In this document: positions 44,251 through 51,997 of the stretch, piece after piece | Layout of the letters: each line of letters opens with the position of its first letter | Position numbering within the stretch: position 1 is the stretch's first letter | IMG/VR virus record: IMGVR_UViG_3300029319_000074 | Location: 1 to 51,997 of that record | Source: a virus | Taxonomy: Duplodnaviria > Caudoviricetes | Direction: 5' to 3' (one strand) | DNA length: 51,997 nt | The notes under the pieces: generated by a model | The model's database searches: none | What the model saw: only the letters and a program-made list of their open reading frames with translations | Told to the model about the DNA's origin: nothing | Translations under genes and position numbers: made by a program

Positions 44251-47200
44251 TTATCCTATTTTTACTGCAACTAAAGGTTTGCCATCACTTTGAGTTGCCC
44301 ATATTTTTCCTACACATAACTGATATTCTTCAAATGTAGGATTTGTTTTAGCTACACATTGTATAGCTGTTCCATTTGCTTGTGGATATACATAGTCACC
44401 CACATTAAATGAACCTGTTATATTTACTGGTACTTGACCACTAAATGCTATTCTGTCATGTTTCTGCCTTTCTGTTTCGTATTGTTCATCTGTTAAATTT
44501 AAATCAACAGAACCCCAAGTATCACCACCAACATATGATGGGTCTGTAGATTTAATGACAAAAGAAATAGCATTATTAAATACATCTGTTAATTTGCCAG
44601 TAGAATCCACACCACAAACATCACCTTTTGCTATAGTTCCACAACTATCAGCTTTTTTCATGTATTCAGCGTAGTCTGCACCTGAAGCATTTACAGTACC
44701 ACCAGCATTAATAGAACGAGAATTTCCTGAGTGTCTACCAACATACATAGCTGCAACACCTGAATCATATAAATTTTGTGAAACAACTTTTAAAACAAAT
44801 GGATTTGCATTTGAACCACCACCATTAGCAGAAAAATACACATCCCCATCACTTTCACTTGTTGGATATGTAAGTCTTATACCACCACCTGCTACACCAA
44901 CATCTGTTGATGTTCCAATCAACAAATTACCTGCAGCATTAAGACGAGCTGTCTCACTACCTCCCTGAAAAATTGTTAAAGCATTACCAACAGTAATTAA
45001 ATCTACTGTTGTAGTATTAGCATTGTCAGCAAAAGTAATGGCAGCCTCATCAGATGAACCATTATCTCTACCTATAATTCTTATACCTCTTGCAGAGCCA
45101 TCACATTGAACATTTAAAGGTGCTGTTGTGGTTGTAGTTCCTATAGAAACATTACCAGTACTATCAATACGCATCTTTTCAGATAATGTAACTGCTGCTC
45201 CTGCACTACCACTAGCTTGTGTAAAAAATTGGTGAATACCAGCTTCTTGTCTGTAAGCTGAAGATTCATTAGCTTCAATGTACGCAAAAGCACCTGTATC
45301 AGAATCAACATACATATTATCTGTAACAAAAGTACCATCAAGACCATGAACTCCTGTAGCATTTTCACTTATTACTGAACCTTTTTGACCTATAAAAAGT
45401 TGTGTCCAACCAGTATGTGTATCAGTAGGTGGAGTAGTTCCCATACCTATTGACCCTTTACTTGTCATTCTCATTCTTTCTGTATTCTTAGTAAAGAAAG
45501 TTAAATCATCTGTAGTACAACCTATAAAGTTACCTTCATTAGTATTTGAGTCAGATATTTTTAAGAAAGTATTTGCTGTAGTAGATGTTAAATGTAAGAC
45601 TGTATTTGCTGAAGAACCACCATCAATTTCTAAAGGAGAATCTGGACTACTTGTACCAATACCAACACCAGTAGAATCTATAATAACTCTTTCAGTACCA
45701 CCAGTATCAAATCTGATTTTATCTTCATCACTTGATTCTTCTACTTGAACCATGGTATCACCATCGGCATCACTTAGTTGTGTAGCTGTTGTAATACTTG
45801 TATTAGTTGCAGTTATAGCTTCTACTGCCACACCTGAAGGTGGGGCTACTCCAAATGTTAAAGTAGTACCACTTACTGAAAAACTATCTTTGTTTTGATA
45901 AACACCATCAAAGTAAACTGATACATTGTTTTCATGTACTGGAGCAACTGATAATGTTAATGTAGTATCAGAACCATCTCCAGTCATTGTAGCTATTGAG
46001 TTATTAGAACCACCTACAGTTGTTGTGCTATGATAGACTGTAATAACTCTACCATTAGCAGGAGCTGTAGCAAATGTTAATGTAGTTCCTGAAACAGAGT
46101 AAACATTTTGTGCTTGGAAAACACCATCAACAAATACCATTAAATTGTTTTCGCTGTCTGGAGCTGTGCTTAATGTAAAAGTTGTATCACTTCCATCACC
46201 TGTAAAGATATTGGTGTCCATGTTTGTACCTGAACCACCACCGGCTATTGCACCCCATTCAGTTGTATAACCTTCAAACTTACCTGTTTCTGAATTATAT
46301 CTAAAATAACCTGCTGCTGGTGAAGAAGGTCTTTGTGCTGTTGTACCTACTGGTACATGTATTGAGTCTGTATTAGAACCTAAGTCTAGTGAAACATCTG
46401 GTGAAGTTTGATTGACACCTATTTTATTTTCACTTACATCAACAAATAATACACCACTATCTACATTAACATCTCCAGAGAATGTAGCTGCATTAAATGT
46501 TGTAGGTACTATATTAGCACTACCATCAAAGCTTACACCACCAATAGTTCTTGCAGTTGTTAAAGTAGCTGCTGAACCTGTAGTGTTTTGATTAAGAGTT
46601 CCTACTGTTAAATCTATCGTACCATCGGAGTCTTGATAATCAACTGTAATACCTGATTCAGTATTAGAACTAAACATAGCACCAACTGTATCTTGTACAA
46701 CCTCTGTTAGGTCTATATTAGCTGTACCATCAAAACTTACTCCGTGTATTGTTCTAGCTGTTTCAAGTGCTGTAGCTGTAGCTGCATTACCTGTTGTACT
46801 TTGATTTAATGTACCAACTGTAAAGTCTAATGTACCATCACTATCCTCGTAAGTTACAGTAATACCACTTTCAGTATTACTAGATACCATAGCTCCTACA
46901 GTATCTTGAATAACCTCTGATAAATCAATGTTAGCTGTACCATCAAAAGATACACCATGTATTGTTCTTGCTGTCGCTAACGCTGTAGCTGTATCTGCCA
47001 AGGCTACAGAAATATTAGCTGTACCATCAAAGCTTGTACCACCAATAGTTCTAGCAGTTTCTAAAGCTGTAGCAGTTGCAGCATTACCTGTAGTATCTTG
47101 GTTAAGTGTTCCAATAACAAAGTCTAAAGTATTATCACTATCATCATAAGTTACTGTAACTCCTGTTTCTGTATTAGAAGTTACCATAGCTCCTACAGTA

Positions 47201-48465
47201 TCACTAATTGTTTCTGCTAGTGTTGTACCATTTATTGTAATAGCATCAGCTTCTAATGTACCATCGATGTCTACATCTCCTGATACATCTAATGTAGCTG
47301 CATCAAGTTCACCTGTTATAGTTATGTTTCTTGCACCTGTAAAGTCTTTGTTACCATCTACAATAATAGCTTTAGAAGCTTCTACAGTTCCTACTGTTGA
47401 AACATCTACATAATTAAGTTCTGTTGTAGTTGCTGTAACACCATCAAGTAAGTTTAATTCTGTAGCTGTTGATGTAACTCCATCAAGTATGTTTAACTCT
47501 GATGCAGTACTGGTAACGCCATCAAGTATGTTTAGCTCTGCTGTTGTAGATGTTACACCATCCATTATATTTAATTCAGCAGTAGTTGCAGTTACACCAT
47601 CCATAATGTTTAGTTCTGCTGTTGTTGCAGTAACTCCGTCCATTATATTTAGTTCTGCAGTTGTAGCAGTTACTCCGTCAAGAATATTAAGTTCGGCTGC
47701 TGTGGATGTCACTCCATCTAATATGTTTAGTTCAGCAGCAGTTGATGTGATTGCTGTGCCATTAAAGTTTATAGCATCTAAATATGCAACACCATCAATA
47801 TATAAATCTTTCCATTCTTTTGAAGAACTACCTAAGTCATATGTGTTATCATCATCTGGAACAATATTAGAATCTACTTCACCACCAAAAACAATATTGT
47901 CTGTATCAGCATCACCTAAAGTTAGTGTACCACCATTAAATGTTGTTGTACCTGTTACTGTAAGATTACCACCTACATCGACATTACCTGTAGTGGTAAC
48001 AGTAGTAAATGCACCAGTAGAAGCTGAGTTAGCTCCTATAGTAGCACCATCAACAGTACCACCATTAATATCAGCAGTATCAGCAACTAAAGCATCTGTA
48101 GTAACTGTACCATCAAAAAATGCATCTTTAAATTCAAGAGAGCTAGTACCTAAGTCAATATCATTATCTGTTACAGGAACTATAGCACCATCTGCTATAT
48201 ATAATTGTTGTACTGAACTACTAGATACTTCTACATAAAACTCAATATGATTATTTGTAGTGTCTATTAAGACTTTGTTGTTTGGAGAAGTTTCTCCTGC
48301 ATCACCAATTAATCCTATAACTGGTCCAGAAGCTGTTGTTCCATCATGTGAGTGTCCTGTTGAGTTGTTAAATGCATTTACTAACTGATTATATTCATTA
48401 TTAAATAACGCAGCAGTAATTGTATCTCCATCTGCAAAAGAACTTTGTCTTGTATATCCTGCCAT
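44251..48465 (-). CDS. Long tail fibre protein (1404 aa)
   Basis: N-terminal virion anchor (GHSHDG); T/G/D-rich repeats; ERMRI modules; C-terminal ADYAEY...GQVPV chaperone-like domain. Confidence 0.8.
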   Translation of the reverse strand: MAGYTRQSSFADGDTITAALFNNEYNQLVNAFNNSTGHSHDGTTASGPVIGLIGDAGETSPNNKVLIDTTNNHIEFYVEVSSSSVQQLYIADGAIVPVTDNDIDLGTSSLEFKDAFFDGTVTTDALVADTADINGGTVDGATIGANSASTGAFTTVTTTGNVDVGGNLTVTGTTTFNGGTLTLGDADTDNIVFGGEVDSNIVPDDDNTYDLGSSSKEWKDLYIDGVAYLDAINFNGTAITSTAAELNILDGVTSTAAELNILDGVTATTAELNIMDGVTATTAELNIMDGVTATTAELNIMDGVTSTTAELNILDGVTSTASELNILDGVTSTATELNLLDGVTATTTELNYVDVSTVGTVEASKAIIVDGNKDFTGARNITITGELDAATLDVSGDVDIDGTLEADAITINGTTLAETISDTVGAMVTSNTETGVTVTYDDSDNTLDFVIGTLNQDTTGNAATATALETARTIGGTSFDGTANISVALADTATALATARTIHGVSFDGTANIDLSEVIQDTVGAMVSSNTESGITVTYEDSDGTLDFTVGTLNQSTTGNAATATALETARTIHGVSFDGTANIDLTEVVQDTVGAMFSSNTESGITVDYQDSDGTIDLTVGTLNQNTTGSAATLTTARTIGGVSFDGSANIVPTTFNAATFSGDVNVDSGVLFVDVSENKIGVNQTSPDVSLDLGSNTDSIHVPVGTTAQRPSSPAAGYFRYNSETGKFEGYTTEWGAIAGGGSGTNMDTNIFTGDGSDTTFTLSTAPDSENNLMVFVDGVFQAQNVYSVSGTTLTFATAPANGRVITVYHSTTTVGGSNNSIATMTGDGSDTTLTLSVAPVHENNVSVYFDGVYQNKDSFSVSGTTLTFGVAPPSGVAVEAITATNTSITTATQLSDADGDTMVQVEESSDEDKIRFDTGGTERVIIDSTGVGIGTSSPDSPLEIDGGSSANTVLHLTSTTANTFLKISDSNTNEGNFIGCTTDDLTFFTKNTERMRMTSKGSIGMGTTPPTDTHTGWTQLFIGQKGSVISENATGVHGLDGTFVTDNMYVDSDTGAFAYIEANESSAYRQEAGIHQFFTQASGSAGAAVTLSEKMRIDSTGNVSIGTTTTTAPLNVQCDGSARGIRIIGRDNGSSDEAAITFADNANTTTVDLITVGNALTIFQGGSETARLNAAGNLLIGTSTDVGVAGGGIRLTYPTSESDGDVYFSANGGGSNANPFVLKVVSQNLYDSGVAAMYVGRHSGNSRSINAGGTVNASGADYAEYMKKADSCGTIAKGDVCGVDSTGKLTDVFNNAISFVIKSTDPSYVGGDTWGSVDLNLTDEQYETERQKHDRIAFSGQVPVNITGSFNVGDYVYPQANGTAIQCVAKTNPTFEEYQLCVGKIWATQSDGKPLVAVKIG
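46510..47210 (-). repeat. Three ~70-aa repeats (DTVGAM..SNTE.G.TV.Y.D.DGT.D..VGTLNQ.TTG.AA...ARTI.GVSFDG.ANI); boundaries approximate
   Basis: Visible in the translation of the long fibre. Confidence 0.8.
47403..47751 (-). repeat. Nine tandem 13-aa (39-bp) repeats VT(S/A)T(A/T)AELNI(L/M)DG
   Basis: Visible in the translation; codons differ between copies. Confidence 0.9.
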
Positions 48466-49802
48466 TATTTACTCTCCAATTTTGTTTTTAATTCTTCTAC
48501 TTCTGCTGTTAGTTCTTGTACAGCTTTTACTAACAATGGTGTTATTCTTCCATAATCTACACCTTGCATTTCATTACCATCTTTTTCACCATAAACACAG
48601 TCACTAAATATTTCATCAACTTCATGTGCTATAAATCCTTCAGCTTCTTCACCTGTTTCTTTCCAAGTAAATTTTACTGGATTTAATTTATTTAATCTTT
48701 CTAAACCATTTTGCATGGTTTCTATATTTTCTTTTAATCTATAATCAGATGATGTGTTATAAACTGTTGAAGAACCACCTGATGTAATTGAGCCTACTGC
48801 TGTTGCACTGTCATTTTCAAACAAACATAAAAATCCATTACCAAAAGATGATTTTCTTACTATTAGTCCAGCACCTGCAGTTCTTGTTACAATAGCATCT
48901 GAACCAGCATCGATTGATAAATCTTCTTGACCTCTTACGCCACTTGTAGTTCCTATAAGAACTTTTCCAGAACTATTAATTCTCATTCTCTCGGTATCAG
49001 TGTTTGTATTAAAAACTATAGTATCTTCACCTTGTAGTTGTAATGCACCTGAACCAGTCGCAGATGATAAACCTATAGAGCCATACTCAACATTATTATC
49101 ACCTCTAAGCATAAAATGTTTTTTACCATCACCATTTCTGGTTTGAATGATTGCACCAGTGCCAACATTACTTACGCCATTAAATAAACCTGCGTATGTG
49201 CTGTTTCCTATAGCTGTACCCAGTTGTAACAGACCAGCACTTGTGAGTCTCATAGTCTCTGAACCTGCTGTTGAAAAACTTAGGATATTGCTTGCAATAT
49301 TAAACATTCCTGTATCAGCGTCATCATGAAATGAGTATGCTGGTGCAGAAGCATCTTCTCTACCTGCTAAAAATCTTTCATTTTCTGCTCGTATAGTTCC
49401 ATTTACATTTAAAGTAGCATTTGGACTAGTCATTCCTATTCCAACTTTTCCAGCACTTGTAATACGCATTCTTTCTGTACCATCATTAGTACGGAATCTT
49501 ATATCTTCAGCATCTATTGATAATGAAGCATAATCATTTGATGTTCTGTTATAACATTGTATAAAACTTACTGGGTCTCCCATAGAAAATTCTATACCAA
49601 TACCACCATCTGTATGTTGAACTACAAAGGTTGTCTGTGGACTTGAAGAATTTATACCTACTTTATTATTACCACTATCAACAAATAACATGTGTGTTTT
49701 ATCATTAGACTCAACTCTAAAATCAGCATCTGCTGAACTTTCATTAATTACTACGCCACCATCTAAATCTACTAAAGATGCTGAAACTTTTGTTATTGCC
49801 AT
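48465..49802 (-). CDS. Tail fibre/spike with C-terminal intramolecular chaperone (peptidase S74-like)
   Basis: ERMRI/VGIG modules; SSDYRLKENI...GFIAHEV...VDYGRITPLLVKAVQEL. Confidence 0.8.
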   Translation of the reverse strand: MAITKVSASLVDLDGGVVINESSADADFRVESNDKTHMLFVDSGNNKVGINSSSPQTTFVVQHTDGGIGIEFSMGDPVSFIQCYNRTSNDYASLSIDAEDIRFRTNDGTERMRITSAGKVGIGMTSPNATLNVNGTIRAENERFLAGREDASAPAYSFHDDADTGMFNIASNILSFSTAGSETMRLTSAGLLQLGTAIGNSTYAGLFNGVSNVGTGAIIQTRNGDGKKHFMLRGDNNVEYGSIGLSSATGSGALQLQGEDTIVFNTNTDTERMRINSSGKVLIGTTSGVRGQEDLSIDAGSDAIVTRTAGAGLIVRKSSFGNGFLCLFENDSATAVGSITSGGSSTVYNTSSDYRLKENIETMQNGLERLNKLNPVKFTWKETGEEAEGFIAHEVDEIFSDCVYGEKDGNEMQGVDYGRITPLLVKAVQELTAEVEELKTKLESK

Positions 49803-49805
49803 ATT

Positions 49806-51413
49806 TTATCTCCTGCCTGAAGGTATGTAATCTACATAAAAACCATTTATTGTATATGGTGGTTTTGTGTCATCACTTATAATTGTAAAATTGTTACTTG
49901 TTCCACTTCCTTGTAATGGAACTCTTATTAAAGGATTATCTCCACCACCAAATACATTTGTATTAAATAATGCATCGCCAAACTTTGAAGGTGGATTAAT
50001 AACTCCTAAATCAAATAAGTCTGGTGGTTGTGGAACATCTGTATTACCATAATCAAATCTAACTTGTACATCTGGTTCTGTTATACCTTCGGAACTTGCT
50101 GATACTCTAAGATAATGTAAAGTCTTTAATGTTCCTAAATCACCATAATCATAGTTAGGTGTTTCAAATCTAGCTAGTATATTACTACCATCAAAACTAT
50201 TTCCTGTATCGTGTTGATAAACAAAACCATTTGTATCTCCATGATAATATTGTTCTACATTATTATTATCAAATCCTGAACCTATAGCAGTAACTTCTAA
50301 TCCTCTTGTCTCTGACCATTGAAATCCATTTGGTCTTAATGTTCCTATAATTCCTTTTTGTTGTGTTTGTTCTAAACTTGTATTTGTATAAAATAATCTG
50401 TATTGTGATTTTTCTCGTAATACAACACTATCTATTACAAATGAATTTATGTTTTCTGCTAAGTTTGTTACTAAAGGTTGTATAGCTTTACTAACTGTAC
50501 CTAACTCGACATCTCCGATTCTTGCAGTACCGGCAACTGTTCTTAATCCATCTGGTGCTAAAAATATTAAGTCACCACCAATCTCTTGAATACTATAACC
50601 ACTTAAACAACCAACATTTTTTGTAACAGGTACTATGGCTATATTACTTGAATCATTTATATTTATTAATTTAAATATACTGTTTGTACAAAATATAAAT
50701 AACTCATTACGGAATCCTCTGATTCCTTCTATCTGGTCTTCTACTACTATAGAACCTGAACCAGTACCACTAAAGCTTGTAGGGTCTAATGTAGCACTAA
50801 AAAATATAGTGCTTAAATTATCTTCAACTCCTGCAGCTATTAAATGTTTATCGTGAGTTGTAACATATTTAACACCCTTTGTTCCTGTTACAGTTATTTC
50901 CTCTGCAAAGAATGTTCTAGATGTTAATACTCCCGTGCCTTCCATTCTAAATATGTAAGGTTTGTTAGCACCATCAGCTATAATAACTTGACCATAATCA
51001 AATGTAGCTCCATCAAATAATGTAAACTGACATTGACCTTGTGAAGTTCTTGTTAGTGTACTTCTACCTGTAAAAGCAGTATAATTATCACCACTACTTG
51101 ATACAGAACTTCTACCTATATTTACCCAAGTTTGTCCATCATTAGTAAAAAATATTCCTGTACCTGCAGTAGCTATTACACCATCTGCATAAGGAAATAC
51201 ACCTAGTATATTTGTTGTACCACCTGTAGGTTGTGTGGCACTTGTAGTACCAAACTTTTGATACCCATTAATTCTTCTATAGCCACCCTCTGTAGAGACC
51301 TCAAAGTTTCTTAAGTCTTTTGCAACTCCGGGAGTTTTAAGTAAATCAATTACATTAGATGATTCTACTAAACCTCCGTTTACTGCGACTGTATAAGGCT
51401 GACTTATTGCCAT
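49806..51413 (-). CDS. Tail nozzle / tail tubular protein B-like
   Basis: NFEVSTEGGYRRING and FLAPDGLR; beta-rich 535 aa; tail module position. Confidence 0.6.
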   Translation of the reverse strand: MAISQPYTVAVNGGLVESSNVIDLLKTPGVAKDLRNFEVSTEGGYRRINGYQKFGTTSATQPTGGTTNILGVFPYADGVIATAGTGIFFTNDGQTWVNIGRSSVSSSGDNYTAFTGRSTLTRTSQGQCQFTLFDGATFDYGQVIIADGANKPYIFRMEGTGVLTSRTFFAEEITVTGTKGVKYVTTHDKHLIAAGVEDNLSTIFFSATLDPTSFSGTGSGSIVVEDQIEGIRGFRNELFIFCTNSIFKLININDSSNIAIVPVTKNVGCLSGYSIQEIGGDLIFLAPDGLRTVAGTARIGDVELGTVSKAIQPLVTNLAENINSFVIDSVVLREKSQYRLFYTNTSLEQTQQKGIIGTLRPNGFQWSETRGLEVTAIGSGFDNNNVEQYYHGDTNGFVYQHDTGNSFDGSNILARFETPNYDYGDLGTLKTLHYLRVSASSEGITEPDVQVRFDYGNTDVPQPPDLFDLGVINPPSKFGDALFNTNVFGGGDNPLIRVPLQGSGTSNNFTIISDDTKPPYTINGFYVDYIPSGRR

Positions 51414-51415
51414 AA

Positions 51416-51997
51416 CTAGCTACCTTCTAGTGTTGTTATTCTTGCTTCAAGTTCTTGTATTGTTTTTACTAATAGTGGAACTAATTTACTTTGGTCTATA
51501 CCTTGCATTTCTGCACCATCCTTTTCACCTGTAATAGCTTCAGGAACTATGCTTGAAACTTCGTGTGCTAAAAATCCATCAACCAATGTATTTGTTTCAT
51601 CAGCTATAAAATTAAATCTAGCTGGTTTTAATTGTTTTAATCTTGTTGTTGCATCCCAAGTATAATTTACATTTTCTTTCAATCTGTAGTCTGAAGTTGT
51701 GTTAAATGATGTTGAAGTTGTTGTTACAGTTATACTTCCAACACCTGAAGCATCTCTTAAAAATTCTAAAACACTTCCATTACTATTTTCTCTTTTGAAA
51801 TATCCTGATGCACCATTAAATCTAGATGAAACCATATAATCATCATTACCACTAACACCAAAACCTGAATGTCCATCACTCAATAATGTAATAGGTGTTT
51901 CAGTAGTTCCAACTAAAAAATTTCCGTTTGAATCTAGTCTCATTTTTTCAGCCAGTGAAGAACCATTTGAAGTCATAAATTGCATATAACCTGCTTT
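51416..51997 (-). CDS. Tail fibre C-terminal part with S74-like chaperone (begins beyond window end)
   Basis: Frame open to 51997; TSDYRLKENV...GFLAHEV...IDQSKLVPLLVKTIQEL. Confidence 0.8.
   Translation of the reverse strand, partial: KAGYMQFMTSNGSSLAEKMRLDSNGNFLVGTTETPITLLSDGHSGFGVSGNDDYMVSSRFNGASGYFKRENSNGSVLEFLRDASGVGSITVTTTSTSFNTTSDYRLKENVNYTWDATTRLKQLKPARFNFIADETNTLVDGFLAHEVSSIVPEAITGEKDGAEMQGIDQSKLVPLLVKTIQELEARITTLEGS

Noticed and set aside
47489-48238. 249-aa + strand ORF with repeats
   Set aside because: Antisense shadow of the repetitive tail fibre; no RBS or independent signal
48465-51997. Similar fibre C-termini as a diversity-generating retroelement TR/VR pair
   Set aside because: No reverse transcriptase; the similarity is protein-level paralogy of chaperone domains, not adenine-specific variation

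Overview
AT-rich, near-complete and circularly permuted dsDNA tailed-phage genome with podovirus-like architecture, probably marine and infecting a proteobacterium. Both window edges fall inside tail-fibre coding sequence. The + strand (11.7-27.7 kb) carries small early genes, then a T7-like replication module (SSB, primase-helicase, Pol A, nucleases), nrdAB, a CHASE2 class III adenylyl cyclase and hsp20. I see no phage RNA polymerase or integrase; consensus sigma70 promoters are present instead. The - strand carries the late genes: terS, iscU, small basic proteins, terL, portal, scaffold, major capsid protein, tail adaptor, tail fibres, nozzle, internal/ejection proteins and lysis genes, followed by csgF-csgG-curlin-like-FecR. 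Main highlights: (1) a curli-type secretion module plus a FecR protein facing a CHASE2 cyclase, a candidate phage-encoded surface-sensing/cAMP system; (2) three tetrameric 11-bp-period Pho-box-like arrays at early and replication promoters; (3) a GTTTAAAC palindrome enriched in the early/middle region; (4) candidate RNA elements, namely a ROSE-like thermometer, three repeated internal-loop hairpins before the scaffold gene and a large structured intergenic region. All product calls come from motif recognition only; no searches were run.
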